NCBI GenBank assembly: GCA_964552565.1
Contig: CAZKGL010000001.1
Coordinates: forward strand, 435,061-499,060
DNA length: 64,000 nucleotides
Reading direction: 5' to 3'
DNA from: an uncultured Gammaproteobacteria bacterium
Lineage (GTDB): Bacteria > Patescibacteriota > Patescibacteriia > UBA9934
Shown: piece by piece, positions 1-7,600 of the stretch
How the letters are laid out: each line of letters opens with the position of its first letter
Numbering within the stretch: the first letter of the stretch is position 1
Translations under genes and position numbers: made by a program
The notes under the pieces: generated by a model
Database searches by the model: none
What the model saw: only the letters and a program-made list of their open reading frames with translations
What the model was told of the DNA's origin: nothing

Positions 1-730
1 CCGCGGGGAAATGCACCTTGCGGTGCTCATCGAGCAGATGCGCCGCGAGGGGTTCGAACTCCAGGTGTCGCAGCCGCAGGTCATCATGAAGGTCGAGGAC
101 GGCGTCGAGATGGAGCCGATGGAAACCGTGGTCATCGACGTGCCGGACGAGTTTTCGGGCACGGTCATCGAGAAGCTCGGCCGCCGCAAGGGCGAGATGA
201 AGAACATGATGAGCGAGAACGGCTCGACGCGGCTTGAATACGCCATGCCGACGCGCGGCCTCCTCGGCTACCGCACGGAATTCATGACCGATACGAAGGG
301 CGAAGGGACGCTGAGCCACGTCTTCAGCCATTACGGCCCGCACAAGGGCGATATCAGCCGCCGCACCACGGGCAGCATCATCTCGGGCTTCACCGGCACC
401 ACGACGCCGTACGCGCTCAACATGATCCAGGAACGCGGCCCGCTGTTCGTCGACCCGGGCGTCGAGGTGTACGAGGGCCAGGTTGTCGGTGCGAGCATGA
501 AGGAGACCATGACCGTCAACCCGATCCGCGAGAAGAAGCTCACGAACATGCGCTCCGCCGGCGCGGACGACCTCGTGAAGATCACCCCGGCGCTCGACAT
601 GAACCTGGAACGCGCGCTCGAATACATCGACAGCGACGAGCTCGTCGAAGTCACGCCGTCGACGGTGCGCATCCGCAAGAAGTACCTTACCGAAAACGAA
701 CGCAAGCGCCACGGCGTTGCGAACCAATAA
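1..730 (+). CDS. typA: GTP-binding protein TypA/BipA, C-terminal ~239 aa only; the 5' part lies upstream of the window
   Basis: Translation matches the BipA C-terminal domains (beta-barrel and C-terminal region); the ATG at 11 is internal because TypA is ~600 aa; stop TAA at 728-730. Confidence 0.85.
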   Translation, partial: RGEMHLAVLIEQMRREGFELQVSQPQVIMKVEDGVEMEPMETVVIDVPDEFSGTVIEKLGRRKGEMKNMMSENGSTRLEYAMPTRGLLGYRTEFMTDTKGEGTLSHVFSHYGPHKGDISRRTTGSIISGFTGTTTPYALNMIQERGPLFVDPGVEVYEGQVVGASMKETMTVNPIREKKLTNMRSAGADDLVKITPALDMNLERALEYIDSDELVEVTPSTVRIRKKYLTENERKRHGVANQ

Positions 731-732
731 CA

Positions 733-762
733 CAAAGACCGGCCGTGCGGCCGGTCTTTGTG
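733..762. terminator. Perfect GC-rich hairpin between convergent typA (+) and the 763..1428 (-) gene; likely a bidirectional intrinsic terminator
   Basis: ACAAAGACCGGCCGTGCGGCCGGTCTTTGT, a perfect inverted repeat with T-run flanks. Confidence 0.6.
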
Positions 763-1428
763 TTAGTTGCACTCCTCGCCCTGCAGCACCCTGTCCACCT
801 GTGCACGTACGGCATCGCGCAATCGCTCCCCGTACCGCCATCCGCTCTGCACATCCACGGACGGCGTGATGCCGTGCGCCTTCGCCGCGGTGCATGCCGC
901 GAGGACGGCGTCGGTCATGTCGACGTAGAGACCGGTCCAGACGTTCGTGCGGCCGGTCGCAGTGACGATCTCGGCGTACGGGACGGTGTGCGTTTCCGAT
1001 CCTGAGTACCGAGTTCCTTTGCTTTCTACCTCGCGGAGTCCGATTGCGAATGCCGTGATGTCCGCCCATGGCGTCGTTGTGCCTCCCCGCGTGATGCCAT
1101 CATCACCGACGACGTATGCCATGCGACCGCTTGTGAGAACGAGCGTGACCGACACGACGATGAGGACGCCCGCAGCGATCCGCCGATTGCGCATCTGATG
1201 CGGCGCAATTTCCGTCGTCGGCCACCACGCCGCGCCGCCGGCGAGCACGAGCAGTACGCCCGCAACAAGCAGCGCGATCTCGGCATTGCCGGGGAACACC
1301 GCCGCCGCGTCCGGATACCTCGCCGCAAGGAGCGGCATCGTGAGTACTTTTGGCAGCAGCACGGCTGCGCCCAATCCCATCACCGAACAGGCAAATGCAA
1401 TCCCCTGCGTGCGGTCAAACGTCTTCAT
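763..1428 (-). CDS. Hypothetical membrane-anchored protein (221 aa)
   Basis: ATG at 1426-1428; hydrophobic segments near the N-terminus and mid-protein; no recognisable family. Confidence 0.45.
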   Translation of the reverse strand: MKTFDRTQGIAFACSVMGLGAAVLLPKVLTMPLLAARYPDAAAVFPGNAEIALLVAGVLLVLAGGAAWWPTTEIAPHQMRNRRIAAGVLIVVSVTLVLTSGRMAYVVGDDGITRGGTTTPWADITAFAIGLREVESKGTRYSGSETHTVPYAEIVTATGRTNVWTGLYVDMTDAVLAACTAAKAHGITPSVDVQSGWRYGERLRDAVRAQVDRVLQGEECN

Positions 1429-1461
1429 ATTGCCTCAAGTATACCGCTCGCCGTGCGGTTC

Positions 1462-1492
1462 CCAAAACAAAAGAGGCCTTGCGGCCCCTCTT
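1462..1492 (-). terminator. Intrinsic terminator downstream of the dnaG-rpoD-small membrane protein operon
   Basis: Hairpin AAGAGGCC-TTGC-GGCCCCTCTT followed on the minus strand by a T-run (TTTTGTTTTGG). Confidence 0.55.
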
Positions 1493-1498
1493 GTCGTC

Positions 1499-1801
1499 CT
1501 ACGTTTTCTTTTTGAGGAACGGGTTCTTGCCGGTGGCCATCATCCACAGCCCGCCGAAGATGAAGACGATGTTCGCCGCGGCGGCGATAATGAGCACCCT
1601 GCCCGTCGCCTGCGTCGACAGATAGTTCGCGACCGTGAGCCCGAGTCCGATGACGAACATGAGTACGCCGTATCCGCGATAGCGCTTTTTCATCGCCGGG
1701 GTGTTCGCGAGCGCCGGGTTCGCGCGCACCGCGTCCTCGACCTGCTTGGATTCGGCGTACCCCTTTTTCATGAGCGCCTTGATCGCTTCGATCGACTGCA
1801 T
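1499..1801 (-). CDS. Small membrane protein (~100 aa) encoded immediately after rpoD
   Basis: ATG at 1799-1801, 1 nt after the rpoD stop; two hydrophobic helices (GYGVLMFVIGLGL, IIAAAANIVFIFGGLWMMATG). The listed ORF (1499..1897) extends antisense into rpoD. Confidence 0.5.
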   Translation of the reverse strand: MQSIEAIKALMKKGYAESKQVEDAVRANPALANTPAMKKRYRGYGVLMFVIGLGLTVANYLSTQATGRVLIIAAAANIVFIFGGLWMMATGKNPFLKKKT

Positions 1802-1802
1802 A

Positions 1803-3110
1803 CTAGTAATCGCGAAGTTTCTGGATGATGTCTTTCTGCTGGATCTTCTCGAGCGCCTTCGCTTCGATCTGACGGATGCGTTCGCGGGTGACGTCAAACT
1901 CGCGGCCGACCTCTTCGAGGGTATGGCTGACGCCGTCGACGAGCCCGAAGCGCATCTCCAGGATCTTTTGTTCGCGCGGCGTGAGGTCTTTCATTGCCTC
2001 GTTGACATAGTCCTTGAGGAGCTGCCGCGCGGCGGCCTTGTCCGGCGAGATGTTCTTCACGTCCTCGATGAAGTCCTCGAGCGTCGAGTCGTCATCGTCA
2101 TCACCGACCGTCGTTTCGAGCGACACGGTCTCCTGCGAGATCTTCTGGATGTGCTGCACCTTCTCGAGCGGCATGTCGAGCTCTGCGGCGAGCTCTTCGA
2201 GGAGCGGCTCGCGGCCGAGGTCCTGGATGAGGCGGCGCTCCACCTGCTTGAACCGGTTGATGGTCTCGACCATGTGGACCGGGATGCGGATGGTGCGCGA
2301 CTGGTCGGCAAGCGCGCGGGTGATGGCCTGGCGGATCCACCACGTCGCGTACGTGGAGAACTTGTAGCCCTTGCGGTATTCGAACTTCTTCACCGCGCGG
2401 AAGAGGCCGACGTTGCCCTCCTGGATGAGGTCAAGCAGCGACAACTGCTTGCCGACGAACTTCTTTGCGATGGAAACGACGAGACGGAGGTTCGCCTCGA
2501 TGAGCCGGCGCTCCGCTTCTTTGTCGTTGCGTTCCTTGCGCTTTGCGAGCGCGACCTCTTCTTCCGCTGAAAGGAGCGGGATCTTGCCGATCTCGCGCAG
2601 GTACATCTGGATGGAGTCCTGCGTCAGTTCCGACGGCTCGCTGAGGCTCGCGCGCTGCTTTTCCTTCTCCGCGCTGATGCGGAGTTTGTCGTAGACCTCG
2701 TCTCGGGTCTTACTGCCGCCGAGGAAACCCTCCTTCATCTCGACGAAGTGCAGACCCTTCCGCTCCAGGCGGTCAAGAAACTCGTCAAAAAGGTCGAGAT
2801 GGTCTTCGACGTACCCAAAAGCGAACATGACTTCGTTTTCCGTGACGAAACCCCGGGTCTGGCCGCGCTCAATCATGCGGTTCAGCGACTCTTCGCTCGG
2901 CGGCGGGGACTTGCGGGACGCCAAAATCGCCGCCTCGTTCGGTCGCTTCGGCGGTCGGATCTCTTTCTCCTTCTCGGGCCGCTTTGCCGCTGGCTTTTGT
3001 GCGGGCTTTTTCGACGCCTTCACCGGTTTCTTTCCCGGTTTCCTTGTGGGAGGAATGGCCTTCTTGTGTTTGGACGGTACAATCGCTTTCTTCTTGGTGC
3101 GCTGCGGCAT
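1803..3110 (-). CDS. rpoD: RNA polymerase sigma-70 (primary sigma factor) with a Lys/Pro-rich N-terminal extension
   Basis: Conserved regions 2-4 ([39 protein letters not shown]...TRERIRQIE); ATG at 3108-3110; lies immediately downstream of dnaG. Confidence 0.9.
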   Translation of the reverse strand: MPQRTKKKAIVPSKHKKAIPPTRKPGKKPVKASKKPAQKPAAKRPEKEKEIRPPKRPNEAAILASRKSPPPSEESLNRMIERGQTRGFVTENEVMFAFGYVEDHLDLFDEFLDRLERKGLHFVEMKEGFLGGSKTRDEVYDKLRISAEKEKQRASLSEPSELTQDSIQMYLREIGKIPLLSAEEEVALAKRKERNDKEAERRLIEANLRLVVSIAKKFVGKQLSLLDLIQEGNVGLFRAVKKFEYRKGYKFSTYATWWIRQAITRALADQSRTIRIPVHMVETINRFKQVERRLIQDLGREPLLEELAAELDMPLEKVQHIQKISQETVSLETTVGDDDDDSTLEDFIEDVKNISPDKAAARQLLKDYVNEAMKDLTPREQKILEMRFGLVDGVSHTLEEVGREFDVTRERIRQIEAKALEKIQQKDIIQKLRDY

Positions 3111-3113
3111 AGG

Positions 3114-4964
3114 TTACTTGCCCAAAATGCGAAGGAGTTGGGCGTACTCCGCAAGGAGTGCGTTCAGGGAAGCGGACTGCGAAAGTTCGGCCGCGCGAAT
3201 GGCGGCTTCGAGTTCTTTGCGCCGCTGGTCCCCAAGGGCACCCTTTAACAAAGCAATGTGCTGGTCGAGTTCTGCCCGAACCATGTCGGGTGACCATCCT
3301 CGAACCTGCTCTTCAAGTCGCAACAGCGTCGCGTCGATACGACGGAGGTCGTCATCGGCGCCACGCGAACGGACGTCACTCTGGAGGCGCGAATAAAGCG
3401 ATTGGTTGGTCGCGCCTGCAATCTGCCCCGAAGTATACTGTGCCTTCGCCATGGTGTAAAGACGCCGCCACGGCTCAGCGGGCAGCGCAGTTTCTGGCAC
3501 GCGGTCGAGGATTTCCGCGGCGACGCCGTCGTCCGCGAGCATGAGCCCGATGACGAACTCGGCGGCGCGGTCTTCTTTGGTCTGCTTTTTTTGGTGGGGG
3601 GTGGGAGGGTGGGAGGGTGGGAGGGTTTTCGGTGTGCTCGGCGCGGCGCGTTTGGCGACTTCGCGCTCGAGCACCTCGACCGCGACGTGCGTTGCGTCGG
3701 ACAAACGCAGCAGGTACAGATGCCGGTCGACGCTGCGCGGGATGCGCGCAATCTCGCCCACGAGCTCGTCGACCAGCGCGCGGCGCTCTTCGATGGTCGC
3801 GCTGCCCGACCGCGCCTCGTACGCCTTGAGCTGACGGTCAAACATGAATTCCACGATCTCCTTGGACGACTGCGCGATGCGCCGCCAGGCCTCGGGATCC
3901 TTCTGCACGACTTCGTCCGGGTCTTTGCCGGCGTCGCGAGGGATGATAAGGCAACGGATCTCGAGTTCGGGAAACTTCGTCCGCGCGATCTCGAGCGCAC
4001 GGCGCGCCGCGGCGAACCCGGCCGCGTCTTCGTCGAGCGCAAACACGATGCGCTTCGTATAGCGCGACAGGATTTTCAGCTGTTCCTCGGTCAGCGCGGT
4101 ACCCGAGCTCGCGACGATGTGCTCCACGCCCGCCTTGTGCGACGACACGACATCGAGGTTGCCTTCGACGACGATGACGCACTTCGCGGTGCGGATACCG
4201 GTCTTCGCCAGGTGCAGCCCGTACAGCACACGTCCCTTGGAATACACCGGCGACTCCGGCGAGTTCATGTACTTCGGCGCCACCGGCGTCACCGTCTGGC
4301 CCGGGCCGATGGTGCGCGCGGTAAAGCCGACGATGTTCCCGACGGCGTCGTGGAGTGGAATCATCACGCGGTGCCGGAAACGATCCAGCAGTCCGTCGCC
4401 CGACTTCTTGCGGATGCCAAGTCCGGCATCGACGATCTGCGTCGCGCCGTAGCCGCGGGATCCCAAAAACTGTACCAGCGCGTCCCACCGGTCGGGCGCG
4501 TAGCCAAGCCCGAACTTCTCGATGAGGTCGGGCGTGATGCCCCGCTTCGCGAGATAGTCGCGCGCCCCTGCCCCGTCCGGATGGTTGCGCAACACTTTCG
4601 CGAAGAACTTCTGTGCGAGATCCTGAATCGTCAGAAGCGACTCGCGCGCATCGACGACCGCCTTGGGCTGGGGACGGAACTCCGGCACGTCGACGCCCGC
4701 GCGTTTCCCGAGGTGCCGGAGCGCCTCCGGGAACGTCATGCCCTCGAGTTCCATGACGAACGCAAAGACGTCCCCGCCCTTGTCGCACCCGAAGCAATGC
4801 CAGATCTGCCGCTCGCGCGACACGTGGAACGACGGCGTCTTTTCGGCGTGAAACGGACAGACCGCCTTGAAGCTCCCGCTTCCCGCCGGTTTCAACTGCA
4901 AGTACTCCCCGAGTACGTCGGCGATGTCGAGTTTCTGCCGAATTTCATCCTTCGGTTCGAGCAT
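3114..4964 (-). CDS. dnaG: DNA primase
   Basis: N-terminal zinc-binding motif (CPFHAEKTPSF...CFGCDKGGD), TOPRIM region (EGNLDVVS, DEDAAG); dnaG-rpoD arrangement with a 3-nt gap. Confidence 0.9.
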   Translation of the reverse strand: MLEPKDEIRQKLDIADVLGEYLQLKPAGSGSFKAVCPFHAEKTPSFHVSRERQIWHCFGCDKGGDVFAFVMELEGMTFPEALRHLGKRAGVDVPEFRPQPKAVVDARESLLTIQDLAQKFFAKVLRNHPDGAGARDYLAKRGITPDLIEKFGLGYAPDRWDALVQFLGSRGYGATQIVDAGLGIRKKSGDGLLDRFRHRVMIPLHDAVGNIVGFTARTIGPGQTVTPVAPKYMNSPESPVYSKGRVLYGLHLAKTGIRTAKCVIVVEGNLDVVSSHKAGVEHIVASSGTALTEEQLKILSRYTKRIVFALDEDAAGFAAARRALEIARTKFPELEIRCLIIPRDAGKDPDEVVQKDPEAWRRIAQSSKEIVEFMFDRQLKAYEARSGSATIEERRALVDELVGEIARIPRSVDRHLYLLRLSDATHVAVEVLEREVAKRAAPSTPKTLPPSHPPTPHQKKQTKEDRAAEFVIGLMLADDGVAAEILDRVPETALPAEPWRRLYTMAKAQYTSGQIAGATNQSLYSRLQSDVRSRGADDDLRRIDATLLRLEEQVRGWSPDMVRAELDQHIALLKGALGDQRRKELEAAIRAAELSQSASLNALLAEYAQLLRILGK

Positions 4965-5024
4965 GGCGCCAGATTAGCGGATTTCGACCGGATTTGCTAG
5001 CGTGTCTGCACGCCAGGAGTTCCC

Positions 5025-5558
5025 ATGTCCTTTGCATCTCCGAACGACATCGTCATCGTGTCCGCGTGTTGGCCCGTCGGCCAGGCCATGCAGTTCATGA
5101 CCGTCATCGGCCGCGTCGCCACCGTCGAGGGCGCGACGATCCGGACGTCGTGGCGCACCGAGCTGACATGGTCGCCGGCGTGCTCCCGCGAGCAGCTCCT
5201 CGCGCACCGCGGCTTCATGGTGTGGCCCGACGACAAGGCCGCCGCGAGCGATGTCTGCCGCGCGATGCTTTCGGAGCAGACATTCTGGCGCATCGGCGCC
5301 TGGGTCGGCGGACACGACCCGGCGCGCCTCACCCACCGCCGTCTCGCCGGCACGACGCGGTTCGGCACGCCGATCAACGACTTCGTGCTCGGCGTGTGCG
5401 TGACGAGCGAGGTCAAGCAGGACCCGAACCTCGGCGAGGTCGACGGCGCGCACGAGGTCGCGCTCCTCGTCGCGCCACGACGCACCCCGCGGGGCTACTT
5501 CGACCGCTGCATCATGGGCAAGGACGACGTGCGCCTCCACGGCACCCCGCTGGATTGA
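5025..5558 (+). CDS. Hypothetical protein (177 aa)
   Basis: ATG at 5025 preceded by AGGAG; no antisense competitor with motifs; no recognisable family. Confidence 0.45.
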   Translation: MSFASPNDIVIVSACWPVGQAMQFMTVIGRVATVEGATIRTSWRTELTWSPACSREQLLAHRGFMVWPDDKAAASDVCRAMLSEQTFWRIGAWVGGHDPARLTHRRLAGTTRFGTPINDFVLGVCVTSEVKQDPNLGEVDGAHEVALLVAPRRTPRGYFDRCIMGKDDVRLHGTPLD

Positions 5559-6082
5559 CGAGGCCGCTTCCGAGCAGTAGCATGCGGGCGCACCGTGAGG
5601 GCACATGACCGGAGCGCCGCTCGTCGTCGTGTGGATCCTCCTCACGGCGATCGGTACTGCAACCCTTGCGTTGTGGCCGCTCGGGAGTCCCCCGCGGCCC
5701 AACCCCGTAGCACACGGAGGAAACGCACCGCCGTCGGTAGCACCCGCCCCCTCAGCAGCTCCAAGACGAGCAGCACGCCTCGCGCAGTCCCGTACCGCTC
5801 GAGATGACCGGCAACGCCGCTACCGTCGCCTGGTGACCTGGATCCCGCCCCCGTACCACATCGCTGCGCCCGTCTCGACGGGCATCCCACACACATGGCG
5901 AGCGGCCGGTGGCCAATCGCAGCTTCGTCCTTTCGCGGACTGGTAAGACGGCGCTCCCTTCCCTGCGCCTGTCGCACCGTTCGGAGAGACGCTCGCTCTG
6001 CAACATGACCGGGTCGTGGGCATCTCCCACGTCGCGCCCCGCGTCCGACACTCGTCGGCCGGGGCGCTCTTCTTTTTCTCCA

Positions 6083-6116
6083 TGTTCAAAAAATGACGAT
6101 CGTCATTTTTTGAACA
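6083..6116. promoter_or_regulatory. 34-bp perfect palindrome (operator-like site 1) overlapping the stop codon of the PaaX-like gene
   Basis: TGTTCAAAAAATGACGATCGTCATTTTTTGAACA; perfect dyad centred on GATC. Confidence 0.5.
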
Positions 6117-6603
6117 GGTGGCGCTCTCGAACAGCGAATACCTTTACATGTCGTCCCAATCCGTTCAGCTGAGCAAAATAGAGCAGGTGATCCGCGATGT
6201 CCGTCCTCCCGACCCAAACGCTTTTCTGGAGCATACGATACCGCTGCTCACGCAAAAGCTTACGGACCTCTGCACGAAGCCAACGATATCGCTCTGGGAT
6301 ATCGAACACGACCATGCATTGTTCACCTTCCCGCAGCGGACGCTGTCCCTTTCGCATGCATGCCAGTACAGCGAGTGTGACGCCCTTCTTCGTGATGACA
6401 ATTGCGCCATCTCTTCTTTTCCGGACGAGCTTCCTCTTTACTAGGCGGCGTAACGCATTTCGTTCTCTGCTCTTATACTGGTGATAGCTGTATTGAAACG
6501 ATGTTGGAGAGTATTTATATGGGCTCTGCATCATCTCGAATGTCCACCCAACCTCCCGGCAGATGGCAAGTAGCACTTCCATGGTTTTTGATGCACGTAC
6601 CAT
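6103..6603 (-). CDS. PaaX-family transcriptional regulator-like protein
   Basis: Winged-helix segment (RRLVKRKLVRKRRDGAIVITKKG) and the PaaX middle-domain signature (MVVFDIPERYRWLRAEVRKLLREQRYRMLQKSVW, compare E. coli PaaX WLLLLSEGLDKSTLADVKKQLIWQGF). Probable start is ATG at 6601-6603, or 6582. The region is lower in GC than its flanks. Confidence 0.55.
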   Translation of the reverse strand: MVRASKTMEVLLAICREVGWTFEMMQSPYKYSPTSFQYSYHQYKSRERNALRRLVKRKLVRKRRDGAIVITKKGVTLAVLACMRKGQRPLREGEQCMVVFDIPERYRWLRAEVRKLLREQRYRMLQKSVWVGRTDIADHLLYFAQLNGLGRHVKVFAVRERHLFKK

Positions 6604-6605
6604 AC

Positions 6606-6639
6606 TGTACAAAAACTGCCGATCATCATTTTTTGGACA
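6606..6639. promoter_or_regulatory. 34-bp imperfect palindrome (operator-like site 2) immediately upstream of the PaaX-like start codon
   Basis: TGTACAAAAACTGCCGATCATCATTTTTTGGACA, 29/34 identical to the site at 6083-6116. Confidence 0.5.
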
Positions 6640-6907
6640 ATGTCGCCGCACCCTCGCTGCGAAGCCGCGCAACCTTCGCCTCCGCCCCTCGGTTATAGCC
6701 GCCCGTCTTGCCGTCGGAGCGAATGACGCGGTGGCACGGGATTGCGGGGTCGTAGTTTTTATTCAAAATATTGCCGACGGCGCGGTAGGCGCGGGGGCGC
6801 CCGGCACGTGCGGCGACCTCTTTGTACGTCAGGACGCTCCCCTCGGGGATCTGTGTGACCACCGTGTACACCGCATCGCGGAAGGAATCAGACATAGTGG
6901 AGGACAT
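6626..6907 (-). CDS. Methylated-DNA-protein-cysteine methyltransferase (MGMT/Ogt) DNA-binding domain protein, ~93 aa, single domain
   Basis: Active-site motif PCHRVI and surrounding Ogt C-terminal-domain conservation (YKEVAARAGRPRAYRAVGNILNKN...IPCHRVIRSDG); ATG at 6905-6907 or 6893-6895. Confidence 0.7.
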   Translation of the reverse strand: MSSTMSDSFRDAVYTVVTQIPEGSVLTYKEVAARAGRPRAYRAVGNILNKNYDPAIPCHRVIRSDGKTGGYNRGAEAKVARLRSEGAATLSKK

Positions 6908-7502
6908 GAAAACCAAACATGAGGAGGAGGAGCCCAAGGAGCGCGGGCGGCCAGAGTCCCGCCGCAACGCATGCGCCGGTCGCGAATGCGAGAAGCGCAA
7001 TCGTGCTCTGCGCACTCGTGACCGGAACCTCCTCTGCGAGCCGGATGCGGAGCGTACCTGCAACGACGGCAGCCGTTGCGCAAAACCACGTCAGCATGGC
7101 GACAGGAGGAAAACCGTAATACAGCCCCGGCTCCGCGTACGACCACAGCCCGAGCGCGAGGCCCGCGGGTTCGACAACGAGCGCCGTCATGATCCCCGCG
7201 AGTCCTGCGACGGCGAGCTGCGTCCCAAGCCGCTGGCCGAAACGCGACGCGAGCAGGAAAGCTGAAGCGCCGACGCCGACCACGACCGGCGCGAATGTGG
7301 GCGACACGGCAAACGTCATGACGGCCACCGCCCCACCCGCCACGATGAGCGGGGCGTGTTGACGCCCCTTCACCATCGCCGCGACGAACGGCACGAGCGC
7401 AGCATACGCAAGCACAGGCAACAAGATGCCGAAACTCCTGTCGTGCGGCGCAAACCCCGCGAGGAAACCGAAAACGAGGAGCAACGGGACGATCCAATGC
7501 AT
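6888..7502 (-). CDS. Integral membrane protein (204 aa, ~6 TM helices)
   Basis: Hydrophobic throughout; ATG at 7500-7502; overlaps the upstream MGMT-domain gene start by 20 nt. Confidence 0.5.
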   Translation of the reverse strand: MHWIVPLLLVFGFLAGFAPHDRSFGILLPVLAYAALVPFVAAMVKGRQHAPLIVAGGAVAVMTFAVSPTFAPVVVGVGASAFLLASRFGQRLGTQLAVAGLAGIMTALVVEPAGLALGLWSYAEPGLYYGFPPVAMLTWFCATAAVVAGTLRIRLAEEVPVTSAQSTIALLAFATGACVAAGLWPPALLGLLLLMFGFHVLHYV

Positions 7503-7568
7503 ACCGCCTCCATGCTACCGCACTCCACGCCATCGTTCCACAGGACTCCTGCCCTTCTGCGCTGTGCT

Positions 7569-7577
7569 TGCTATACT
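7569..7577 (+). promoter_or_regulatory. Extended -10 promoter element TGCTATACT upstream of the first BNR surface protein gene
   Basis: TGNTATACT motif 24 nt upstream of the ATG; the same motif recurs upstream of several other genes in the window. Confidence 0.45.
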
Positions 7578-7600
7578 TTCCCCAAACTTATCTTTTGCGT

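Noticed and set aside
1796-1807. Identical 12-mer CTGCATACTAGT at two gene junctions (rpoD/next gene here and hpf/murC at 59970-59981)
   Set aside because: Both junctions are a TAG stop + 1 nt + ATGCAG (Met-Gln) start. A 12-nt match is short and largely explained by the shared stop and start codons, so it is probably coincidence.
3593-3629. Possible CRISPR-like periodic repeat
   Set aside because: Only a 9-bp-unit microsatellite within dnaG coding sequence; no spacers; not a CRISPR array. No CRISPR arrays were seen anywhere in the window.
1701-5000. Long + strand ORFs 1701-2570 and 3402-5000
   Set aside because: Antisense to rpoD and dnaG respectively; they have no motifs and the typical R/A/G/L-rich shadow-ORF composition of high-GC DNA.
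5559-6082. Several overlapping ORFs on both strands (5605-5946 +, 5642-5977 -, 5752-6051 -, 5820-6089 -)
   Set aside because: Mutually exclusive, compositionally odd (R/C/G/P-rich), no RBS or promoter support and no motifs. I cannot support a gene call here, and the region may be non-coding or contain a short unrecognised gene.
6095-6104. Shared ACGATCGT core between the PaaX-flanking palindromes and a segment of the 154-bp direct repeat (CACGATCGTCG at 53999-54009 and 55604-55614)
   Set aside because: Only 8-10 nt in common with a different arrangement of the flanking A/T runs; too short to claim a common operator.
6118-6444. 108-aa + strand ORF opposite the PaaX-like gene
   Set aside because: The minus-strand reading carries recognisable PaaX-family motifs and is precisely bracketed by the palindromes and the start and stop codons; the + strand ORF has no motifs.
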